DNA of 64,000 nt from Heteronotia binoei (lineage: Eukaryota): the NCBI RefSeq assembly GCF_032191835.1, contig NC_083225.1, positions 149,730,001 through 149,794,000 on the forward strand. Direction: 5' to 3'. A model generated the notes under the pieces. It did no database searches. It saw only the letters and a program-made list of their open reading frames with translations, and was not told the origin of the DNA. The position numbers and the translations under genes were made by a program. This document shows positions 50,925 to 61,034 of the stretch, piece by piece (position 1 is the stretch's first letter; each line of letters opens with the position of its first letter).

Positions 50925-51029
50925 AGGGAGAGACTTATCTTGGCAGTATAATGTGTTACAAAGATCTAGGGGTTTTAGTGGACCATACACTGAACATGAG
51001 TCAACAGTGTGATGTGGTGGCTAAAAAGC
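50925..51029 (+). mobile_element. Internal CR1 ORF2 fragment (105 bp) between 30-bp direct repeats
   Basis: Encodes GETYLGSIMCYKDLGVLVDHTLNMSQQCDVVAKK (CR1 post-RT region). Flanked by ccaccaccaccaaacatagcttaagaaatg at 50895-50924 and 51030-51059. Confidence 0.85.
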
Positions 51030-51058
51030 CCACCACCACCAAACATAGCTTAAGAAAT

Positions 51059-51340
51059 GGAGAGCCAGTTTGATGTAGTAGTTAAGTGTATGGACTCTTA
51101 TCTGGGAGAACTGGGTTTGATTCCCCACTCCTCCACTTACAGCTGCTGGAATGACCTTGGGTCAGCCATAGCTCTCGTAGGAGTTGTTCTTAAAAGGGCA
51201 GCTTCTGGGAGAGCTCTCTCAACCCCACCCACCTTACAGGGTGTCTGTTGTGGGGGAAGAAAATAAAGGAGATTGTAAGCCACTCTGAGTCTCTGATTCT
51301 GAGAAAAGGGTGGGATATAAATCTACGGTCTTCTTCTTCT
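51059..51340 (+). mobile_element. Squam3-type tRNA/CORE SINE
   Basis: gagagccagtttgatgtagtagttaag head, ccaccttacagggtgtctgttgtggg body and (ctt)n tail. Confidence 0.85.
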
Positions 51341-51689
51341 GTGCTGAAGAAGGTTTCAGGGATTGCAACCTAGCTGTTCCTGCAGACACAGAAACAGGCA
51401 TACAAGCATGTAATGAAGAATTTCAGAGAGTGTAATCTATTAGCAGCCAGTGTTAGATACAGAATCTATATGGATATTTGACACTGGTCCGTACATGAGG
51501 AGACACTTTACATAAGGGAGACAACTGAAATAAAGCCTTCTGCCCGCTGTCTGAAATGGTACTTCCACTCCACCACTGCAGAAGACTTCTCCCTTACTCT
51601 TATGAGTATAGGCCAGGAAGAATTACAGTTTTTTTCAGACAGGAGACCACCTTATAGGTTTTGAAAATTCTTCTTTTCATCTCTCCTTT

Positions 51690-52368
51690 ATTCATTTATT
51701 TTATTTTTATTTGATTTGATTTTTATCCCGCCCTCCCCGCCGAAGCAGGCTCAGGGCGGCTCACAGCATAAAACCTCATGGAATTAAAACAATACATATT
51801 ATAAAATAGTACATTCTATAAAATTATATATTTAGAGATTAAAACAACATATCATTTAGTGCTCAGATCTAGATATTATCTTATTAGATTTTACAGTGCG
51901 ACGGTGTCCCATCTATGATGTAGGTTCCATATCAATTAAAGGCCAACTGGAAGAGGATAGTTTTGCAAGCCCTGCAGAACTGACCAAGATTCGGAAAGGC
52001 CCACATTTCCTCTGGGAGTTGGTTCCACCAGTAGGGGGCAGCGATTGAAAAGGCCTTTTCCCTGGTGACCTTCAGTTTAGCCTCCTTCGGCCCGGGGATT
52101 ACCAGTAGATTTTGTGAATCGGATCGAAGCACCCTCTGGGGAGTATATGGGAAGAGACGGTCCCTAAGGTAGGCAGGTCCTTGGCCATATAGGGCTTTAA
52201 AGGTAATAACCAGCACCTTGTAATGAATCCAGTACACTATTGGCAGCCAGTGCAGTTCCCACAGCCCTGGCTGTATGTGCTCCCACTTAGGGAGCCCCAA
52301 TAACAACCTGGCCGCTGTGTTCTGCACCAGCTGCAGTTTCTGGGTTCGGCACAGGGGCAGTCCCATGT
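51690..52368 (-). mobile_element. L2 LINE 3' end, 5'-truncated
   Basis: Minus ORF 51932-52366: KLQLVQNTAARLL...LHWLP...KVLVITFKALYGQGPAYLRDRL (L2-clade C-terminus). 3' tail gtgagccgccctgagcctg...gggcgggataaaaatc and AT-rich repeats. Confidence 0.88.
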
Positions 52369-52594
52369 CAACTCCTTGTATGGTGCCTCCACCACAGCTG
52401 GGGGTTGGGAGAGTGTTCTGTGATATTTTTATCCCACTCTTACTCTAGAGAGCTTAGGGCAGCATACATGGGCTTTCCTTCCTCTGTTTTAAGCTCACAA
52501 CAACCCTGTGAGGGAGGTTGGCTCCAGATCACCCAGTGAGCTTCAGATCCAAGAGGGATAGCAAACTTCTTGCTTTTAGTCTACCACCTGGCTT

Positions 52595-53125
52595 TTTCTA
52601 GTTGGAGGAAGAGGAGGAGGAGAAGAATTGCATTTATACCTCACCATTCACCCCCTCTCCCTACAACAGACAACCTGTGAGGTCGGTGGGGCTGAGAGAG
52701 CTCTCTGAGGAATGCTCTTAAGAGGACAACTTTAAGAGAATTTGTGACCAACCCCAAGTCACCCAGCTGGTTTCAGAGAGAGCCAGTTTGGTGTAGTGGT
52801 TAGGTGTGCGGACTCTTATCTGGGAGAACCGGGTTTGATTCCCCACTCCTCCACTTGCACCTGCTGGAATGGCCTTGGGTCAGTCATAGCTCTGGCAGCG
52901 GTTGTCGTTGAAAGGGCAGCATCTGGGAGAGCTCTCTCAGCCCCATGTACCTCACAGGGTGTCTGTCGGTGGTGGTGGTGGTGGGAGAGATAAAGAAGAT
53001 TGTGAGCCGCTCTGAGATTCAGAGTGGAGGGCAGGATATAAATCCAATATCTTCTTCTTCATGTGGAGGAGGAGTGGTCCTCTAGAGTCTGGTGCTCTTA
53101 ACTACTACACCAAATTGGCTCTCTC
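52595..53125 (-). mobile_element. Older Squam3-type SINE (-) split by a younger copy (pieces 52595-52774 and 53061-53125)
   Basis: ...cacccagctggtttc | atgtggaggaggagtgg...cttaactactacaccaaattggctctc reads as one SINE once the insert is removed. Confidence 0.7.
52777..53060 (+). mobile_element. Squam3-type SINE, young copy
   Basis: Full head to (ctt)n tail; closely matches the reverse complement of 60805-61034. Confidence 0.88.
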
Positions 53126-54357
53126 AAACCCTCCATCTACTTGTGGATCTTCCAGAATCTTGTCTTGCTTGGCTCTGCAAGTCTAATTAGAGAGTTTACT
53201 TCTGAGTAAATGGCACTGCTCCATTAGTTAGCATTTGCTTTCTCAAACTAGTCACCATTCTGGGAATGTCTAGGGTCTACTTCTTTTGTGGCTTGCTTCC
53301 ATGAGCGTTCCACAAATGTTGGGATGCAGAATTCATACAGAGGCCGCTCAGGTGTCTGGCTCTTCTTCCGTGGACATCCCAAACCCCTTCTCCTGCTCCC
53401 ACCCTCTTTCTCTTAGTGCGCTAAGATATGTTCATGCCCAGCAGCTGAAGCAAGGGCTATTTTTCATTTAAGACCCCCTTCGTAAATTTCAGATGGTGTG
53501 GTAGTAACAAGAATTGCCAGGGCTGGCCCTTATTTAAGCAGCAGGGGTCTGAAGCTGCAGGCAGCATTTCCTCAATAAAACCTTCAGACTCTAATCATCC
53601 AACACCTCTCTTGTTGCCAGTGTTAGAATCATAGAGCTCTTTCCACCTTCCTTTTCCTCTTTCTTCCTCTTGCTGCCTGCAATATTCACATCTTTCTCCC
53701 CCATCCCCACCTACATGAGCCACATATTGGGTGGGGGAATCAGAACCTTTGCTGTTAGTTTTTACGCCCTGTGCCTCTGATTCACTTTTCCATAATGCAC
53801 TTGGCTAATTGGGTAGCCCTTTGATTTTCTGAAAAAATGACTTCAGTGCCTCAGTAGACTGACAGGAAATTGATGTTTTTACCTGACAAGAAAGTATTTA
53901 TAAAAACAATGTTGCTGTTGTGTGCACGTGTGTTCTCCCAGGCAAGCAATCTAGAAGCCGTTGCTGTCCCTGGGACAGTACAAAAGGCCTGCAGCCTTGT
54001 AATGGTGATAAATCAAGCATTTACTTTAAAGTTTTATATACAGTGCTCTTGGGAACACTTTTTGGAGCCATCGTGCAAGTTCACACAAAATGAAATATGA
54101 TGCTGGAACTGGTTATCCAGCAGGATCTTGCATTCCTGCCTGGTCCTGCTTATGAGCTTGGCTCTGGAAAAAAATATGTTAATAATCTTTTCCATCATGT
54201 TTCTAGGACTGTGTGCTCGCAGGATGCCAACTTGAAGTTGGAACAGATCCAGAGGAAAAGTAGAAGATAATTGCCTGCTAGAAAGATGAATCCCATTTTA
54301 GACTGTTAAAGTCTGGGATGTTTGGGATATGATTTTAGCAACTGTGAATTCTTTAGT

Positions 54358-54394
<37 letters not shown>

Positions 54395-54951
54395 TATTGA
54401 TAAACTTGGAAATTATCACTAGTTGACATAACAATGTGCATATTTAGTTACATTTTTTTAAATATGAAGCAGCTTAACATTCATTGGAACTCATGTTATT
54501 TTTACAATGTTCCTCTCTTGCAAGCATTAACACTGCAAGTGAAAACTTTTAACCATAGTCTTAAATCCTGAAATCCATCTTAAAGTTATTATTAAAAAGA
54601 TGAAGTAATGTTTGTGTTGTTGCATGTATGGTTTAAAATGCAGTCTTTAGATGCTGAATGTTACCATCTGTAAAAGGGATAGGTTTTATATTTTTTCTAG
54701 GATGTTGTTTCTGGAAGTGAGAATCTGGTATTGTAAAATATTTTTCCTTGTTGAAGTATCTGAGCACTGTCTAATTAGTATCGAGTACATACTTATATGA
54801 TTCTTTTCTGTCTCTGTTTAATTTCAGGGTAATTTCTCTCCAAAACTATTTTTCTTTCTTGTTTTTCTTCTTTTTTCTTACTAGGTTTTTTATTTTATGA
54901 AAAAAGAGCCCAAGGGCTAAGGAAATCTCTTCATTTGTCTCTGTGATTAAA

Positions 54952-54954
<3 letters not shown>

Positions 54955-55013
<59 letters not shown>
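54955..55013. repeat. (TA)n microsatellite, ~29 units
   Basis: Direct reading. Confidence 0.97.
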
Positions 55014-55016
<3 letters not shown>

Positions 55017-55998
55017 ATTACAGCCAAAAGTGGTAACAGAACTTGGCAAAACAAGCAACTTAGACTGAACTTGATTGAACGTGTTTTATTTTATCTCCTG
55101 AAAATATCATTAGAAGAGTCTTTTAGTATGGCACGTTGCTTGCTGGAATATTTCAGTTGCGTTGGGTAGAGCTGATGCAACAGGAGCTGTGCATGCGCCA
55201 TGTTCACATGTCAACTTTTTTGCAAATGAAAAAGAAACTGCAAATTCTGGAGAGGGGAGAGTTACAGTGATCCCTAACATGTGATTATAGTATATGGGTT
55301 ATCCCTGTGTTTTCTCATGAATGGTTCCCATAAATGCAGTTTGGTTGGTAACAGACTAATTTTGCTTGTTGCTCCAAGAGATAATAACTGCTGAATAATG
55401 CTAAGATTCATTACTATAGTCATATAGCTACCTGACGCCTATAGTTATGGTCATATTGAAGTCTTCTTGACCCTCTTGAAATCTCCTGGGAACAGATATT
55501 GGAAAAGTACAATCACATATGGCTCTTCCATAGTACTGATTACTGATGTCAGTAGGAAATATGCTGATGCTACACTGGCAAATTTGTATTGTGCTGTAGC
55601 CACAGTTATTATTTTCTCTTGTAAACAGTCCTTGTAATAAAACCATACAATTTCAGTTCCTAGTATCTTCAACTCCAGCTTTTTTAACTACTGGCCAAGT
55701 AGATCAGCAAAAATTTGACTTCTGGCTTCCTTATTTGCTTACTTAAGTTAATGGGTAGTGCAACTGAAAATGGTATAGAAAATACTATAGTGTGACATAT
55801 GGTGATATGACAAGACAGCTGGTCATATGACAAGAAAAGATTAAGGACTTAATTCCCACAAGTGCCACAGATATATTTCCCTTGTAGTGACAGTTTACCT
55901 GCAGAGACAAGTTACTGGGCTGTAGAAATATGGAATGATTATCCTCTTGCTTGTTGACTAATCTGTTCTATTTTTTTTTCTCTTTCTTTCTCAACTAG

Positions 55999-56178
55999 GG
56001 AGCCCAAGAAGCTGAATTCCTGTCTTTACGTCCTCTGGGGCAGCTTATGGGAACCCCACTTGATTTATTTTGTCCCAGACTTCTCTGTACGGGATGACAA
56101 TGATATCAGGAAAAAAACAGTTGATGATTGCTGCTGCTTGTGTCCTCTTTGTATTTGCTAGTTGCATTGTGAAACTGG
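55999..56178 (+). other. BOC: BOC exon containing 5' UTR and start codon (180 nt)
   Basis: Branch-point-like gactaat, long polypyrimidine tract and CTAG acceptor at 55995-55998; donor CTGG|GTGAGT at 56179. Confidence 0.82.
56094..56178 (+). CDS. BOC: BOC first coding segment: signal peptide MTMISGKKQLMIAAACVLFVFASCIVKL(G)
   Basis: Hydrophobic signal-peptide pattern; the phase-1 junction joins in frame to the Ig exon (KLG|ESLQVSVQP). Confidence 0.82.
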
Positions 56179-56365
56179 GTGAGTGAGAGTCCTTTCACCA
56201 TTTTATCCTGGTACAACTGCTGCTTTTCAGGGAATGGACTTTATTTCTACTTTTGAAAGAGGTTGGGTCCCATCACTGTCACCAGAAGTTGCCTTCCTCT
56301 TAGCTGTCTTCTGTAACATAGTTTTGAACAATTATTTGTCTTCTGTAATATAGTTTTGAACCATC

Positions 56366-56495
56366 AGTCACTGGCAGTTTTCAAGCAGCGGCTGGAGGGA
56401 CACTTGTCAGCGATGCTCTAAGCTGATCCTGCATTGAGCAAGGAGGTTGGACTAGATGGCCTATATAGCCCCTTCCAACTCTAGGGCTCTGTGGT
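56366..56495 (+). mobile_element. CR1 3' terminal fragment in the BOC intron
   Basis: ttcaagcagcggctggagggacacttgtcagcgatgct...ggttggactagatggcc...ccttccaactct is a CR1 3'-end pattern. Confidence 0.7.
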
Positions 56496-56902
56496 TTTCA
56501 GCTACCTGGCTTACTTACTGGTCTTAAGAATTCTAACCTGTTTTGGGAATCATATTTAATTTGCTATTTGCCTGGCTATTTTCCCCAGGTGGGCAACAAA
56601 ATATACAAATGTTCACAGTCAGGTTAAGAATATATGTATATTTCTGGATGAAGACTCAGTATTTGAATAAGAACTGTTCCCATTCTCTTGCGCCTAAGCA
56701 GCCAACCACCTGATGACAGTAAGAGGAGTTACAGCAGTCACATCATCTAGTTTCACTTTTCCATATTTCTGTCTCAAATAGTTTTACATGAAAAATTGAA
56801 GGCGGTTAGAATCTGAGTAGCTGGGTAAATAGAGTTTGAGTGAACAGCCTACTGTTTGTAAGCTAGTGCTCATGAAGTTTTCTTGGTTGTTGTTCTGTGC
56901 AG

Positions 56903-57181
56903 GTGAATCTCTTCAGGTCTCTGTACAGCCTGCTTCTATTGTCCAGAAGCATGGTGGCTTGGTGAGCCTGGGATGTGTGGTTGAACCCCTGAGCGTAAGT
57001 GTCACCTGGAGGCTGAACGGAAAGGAGCTGCCTGAATCAGATGAAGTTCTGGGGATTCACATAAATCAGAGACTTCTCACCATTACCGCCTTAAACAACC
57101 ACACAGTGGGCCGTTATCAGTGCATAGCCCTTATGCCTGAAGGTGTTGTTGCAAGCGTTCCAGCCATGGTGACATTAGCAA
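56903..57181 (+). CDS. BOC: BOC coding exon, first Ig-like C2 domain (279 nt, phase 1-1)
   Basis: QVSVQPASIVQKHGGLVSLGCVVEP...VTWRLNGKEL...TITALNNHTVGRYQC...GVVASVPAMVTLA matches my recall of human BOC Ig1 (QVTVQPASTVQKPGGTVILGCVVEP...ALNNHTVGRYQC...GAVASVPATVTLA) much better than CDON. Acceptor TGCAG at 56898-56902, donor GTGAGT at 57182. Confidence 0.93.
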
Positions 57182-58814
57182 GTGAGTCACTTTCCTCCTT
57201 TCCCTGAAACCACAAACCTTTAGATCCCTGTGTTCATTAGCAAGCAGAATCAAACACACATAGCATATCTCTAGCATCAGGCAGATGATCTAGTACTTTT
57301 CATTTCTGTTTGTAGGAGATGTCATTCTTTGAACTCTGGTCTGACACTGGATGTCACAGTATGTATTGGACCAGAGCTACATACCAGTTTGACCACTAGA
57401 TTCATTTTTTCAGAATAGCTCTGTCATTGTAGATGAAGGAACCCCCTCAGCTGATCTCACACTTGCAGCTCGAAATAAGTCTGTGCCTTCTATTGAGTAA
57501 ATGGTGTATTCAAATTGGGATACTGGTAATGTTGATGGGAAGCATTTCTGATACAGCAAGCCCATGAAGTAAATGCTATTATCTGTATTAGTCATTGGAC
57601 AGAGCTGCCTTGTAACCTGCCTCAGCTAGAAACAGGAGGGTTCCCTCTTCAGGGCACCACAGGGTGTGGAAAGAATAGAGAAAGGAGATATGCCTTGGAA
57701 AAAAAATGAAGGAGATATATTTGTTCAAAACAGAGCCTGGTTTTGTTTCAAAGCCAAGAATTATTGGCTTGTCATCAAGATATTAATCAGAAGTGAAATG
57801 TTTAGGTTGGGTTGGGTTAGAAAAGGAGAAGCAGAGTGGAATGGAGCAGCAACTCCAAGACTCCATGGGAGGGGTCTGCCATTGGGTTGCAGCCTTTGGG
57901 GATTTGGACTGAGCTCTGCACTTAGATTAAGTTTCGAAGAGTGCATTCCAGAGCAGAATGGGGGCTGTGTTTTGCCTGTGGATTCACAGAGGAGGGGAGT
58001 GAAAAGGTGGATGGGATTACTCAAGGCATGGTTTGCATTTAACAGAGAATGGGAAAGCAGTGCTTACTCTGCCTCTTAGCGCAGTTCTTTTTGCTTTTGG
58101 GCCTCCATACTCTCAGGATTTTTTAAAAAAACGTATTTGGACAAAGCTGTCATTGTTCAGTTTACCTGGGTTACGCTGTTTCCCTCCAGGCCCATGTTAC
58201 AGCTATGCTATGGAGAAAACAGTACATTTCTTGAATGTTCATAGACTTATTCATGGACACAGCCTGGTTTTGTTGCTATGGACATCTTATTCACAATTCT
58301 GATTAAAATAGAAAAGACAGTAGTTATAGCTAGTGATGTTGGATAATGAAGAAACCCGTTGTTGTTCCCCCATTCAGAAGTGGATTTGGTCAGATAAGCT
58401 GGCAGAATGCAGAAATACAGTGGTGCTATTATAACTTAGATGATCTGCCCTGACGAGAAAGCTTGACAGTCATGTGTACATATCATCCTTCCTGTTACCC
58501 AGAAGCACCCTGTCTGCAAGGGATTATCCTTGCCAATATTTTTGACATGTTGGCAGATGAACTTTAGCCTTGGGATTGCCTTTCGTGCAGAGTGCTGATG
58601 GGCACGCTTGAGCTGGTCCCAGCTCAGGCTACTTTAGAGAACTAGTTGAGACTAGCAGTTAATTCTTGCAGTACTCGTTCTTACTTTTTTTTTGTTTAAA
58701 TGTGGGGATGAATTGGCTATTATATAGCTGTGGGCAGAAGAAAGAGAGGGAGGAGAGGTGCCATTCTTCAAGCAGAAGCGGTATTGCAATGTGCTACCTG
58801 AATAGCCCAGGCTA

Positions 58815-58998
58815 TTCCAATCTTGTCATATCTCAGAAGCTAAGCAAGGTCACCCCCAGTTGGGAGACTGCCAAGGAATACCGGGGTCACAATGCAGAGG
58901 AAACCAATTGACAAGCTACCTCTGAAGGTTTCCTGCCTTGAAAACCCTGTGAGGGTCACCATAAGTCGACTGTGACTTGTTGGCACCTTCCACCACCA
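58815..58998 (+). mobile_element. 5S rRNA-derived SINE (5S-Sauria type)
   Basis: atcttgtcatatctcagaagctaagcaagg head and gggtcaccataagtcgactgtgacttgttggcaccttccaccacc tail. Confidence 0.75.
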
Positions 58999-60204
58999 GG
59001 ATTACAATGACACAGGTTTGGAAGCTGATGCATACAACATCTTTTATGGTAATATAAACACTCTCTTCACATGCAGCAGAGTACACAGGTATACATATTT
59101 TCCTTTCCTTTATGTTGTCCATATGAAGGAAAAGGTTATGTGTAAACTGGTGCTGAATTTTCTTTTGTGAATAAAGCCTGTTTCCTTTCCAAGATGGCTG
59201 CAGAGGAAAACCTGTGAATGAGTGTGTTGCTAATAAATTTTAGATAATGAAGAGATTTAAAAGGCATTGTAGTAGTCAAGAAGTAGGAAATTTCATAGAC
59301 TCCTGTGTTGCTTCTTAGCAATAAAAATGGCTTCCAAAGAAGCTCACAGGAATCAAAATTACAAATGCTAATTAAAACTGAATGCAAAGTGTTCCCTGCT
59401 GAAAGGATTCCCAGCTGATCAAGGCAGTTAAGAGGGGGTTGTCTCCTTGCTTCCCTTTGATGACATTCTAAGTGGCAACTTGAAAGAAGAAAGAACTGGG
59501 GTCTTCAGACCAGAACTGCATCTAGGCATGATAGATGGAATGCACAGCTACTTCCTTCTCTCCTTCTGCCCTCTCAATATATGATTCCTTCAGCTCTTTT
59601 AGCACCAGTCCTAGTTCTTTTCCATCAACCATAGTCCTTTTTCTTGTGATTTCCTTTACACCCAGTGTTGAAGCTCAGTGTTTTTCAGTCTTTGATCAAG
59701 AATTGGAATGAAAGATCTTAAAACCTGCTCAAAATCAAGTAAGGTAATTAGTTGAATCAGTTATTGCAGGAGGAGTCACTCTGGCCTGCATGATATTTTC
59801 AGTGCTGTGTCAATGACATACTTTTTCCTGCCCCCAGCTAATTAAAATGTGAAAAATACATCTCTGGTGCAATCCTATTCAGTTCTCCTGTCTAACACCT
59901 GCTGAAGTAAGCATGATTAGATGAGAGTAACTGCATTACAATTGCATTGCTGGTATATTTCTTATTAATCTATCATCTCTCAAGATTGCCTGCAATCTTA
60001 GCAAATTAAGCACCATCTCAAAGGTAGAAACAAATATAGGCACTTCAGTAATTGTGAAAGTGGCACATTTGTTAATGTATTTGAAGCGGGCCAATTTTAG
60101 CATAAGTAAAGTAGTGTGACTATGAAGAAAGCGAACAGCTCTAATTCACAGTAAGGGGAACTGAAGATGGTATATGTTAATTCAGAGAACAGAGAGGCAG
60201 CTTT

Positions 60205-61034
60205 AGAAGAAGAAGAAGAATTGCAGATTTATACCCCGCCGTTCTCCCTGAATCAGAGGCTCAGAGCGGCTTTGTCACATTCTCAGGGTGCAGGCAGGCA
60301 GGAGTCCAAAGCCAGTCCAAGGTCAAAGTCCAGGAAGTCAAGCAGGAGCCAAGTCACCAGTGCAGAATCACAAACCGGAATCAGAGGTCAGTGTCCAAAA
60401 GCCACAAGGTCAGGGTGCCAAGGAAATCAAGCAGGTCAGGATCAGGAAGGAGCATGGATGCAAGCAAGAGAATAGACTTGTTGCTCCACAAGGTTACCAG
60501 GTCCTGGGTGGGAGCTATATGGGAGTCTCAATCAGCCTGCTCCCTGGGTGGCAGTTACTCTGTTAGAACTCAGGGCTGAGAGATCTGAAGCATCGGCGTG
60601 CCTCATGTCTTCGCTCTGAAAGTTCTTTCCGGAGCCTGCTTCAAACTCTTGAGATGGGAGGAGGAGAGCTGATCGTCAACAGCTGACAGTGGTGCCTGGA
60701 GAGTGATTGATGGGCCAGCTGCTGTTTGTTCAGCTGAGGAACTGGCTGGCAACTCTTCCAGGTCTGTTAACCCTTCTAGCTCCTCCTCGTCAGGGCTCAT
60801 GACAGGCTTACAATCTCCTATATCTTCTCCCCCCACCCCGTCGCAACAGACACCCTGTGAGGTGGGTGGGGCTGAGAGTGCTCTTGCAGCAGCTGCCCTT
60901 TCAAGGACAAACTCTGCCAGAGCTATGACTGACCCAAGACCATTCCAGCAGGTGCAAGTGGAGGAGTGGGGAATCAAACCCGGTTCTCCCAGATAAGAGT
61001 CCACATACTTAACCACTATCCCAAACCGGCTCTC
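60205..61034 (-). mobile_element. Squam3-type SINE (-) interrupted by a solo LTR (pieces 60205-60272 and 60805-61034)
   Basis: ctcagagcggctt | acaatctcc is contiguous SINE sequence once the LTR and one TSD copy are removed. Confidence 0.88.
60273..60804 (-). mobile_element. Solo LTR, probably Ty3/Gypsy, 532 bp
   Basis: TGTCA...TGACA inverted termini (TG...CA), 5-bp TSD ggctt at 60268-60272 and 60805-60809, and no internal coding sequence. Strand is inferred. Confidence 0.85.

Noticed and set aside
52796-52993. Similar short ORFs at 51057, 52796 and 60603 suggesting a peptide family
   Set aside because: They are translations of the same SINE family.
56903-57181. Assignment to CDON, ROBO or DSCAM instead of BOC
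   Set aside because: The QPAS.VQK.GG.V.LGCVVEP and ALNNHTVGRYQC strings match BOC specifically, as I recall the paralogues.
56836-57207. 123-aa ORF as a stand-alone gene or an intron-retained secreted isoform
   Set aside because: The flanking residues are intronic read-through beyond strong splice sites, and I saw no nearby poly(A) signal.
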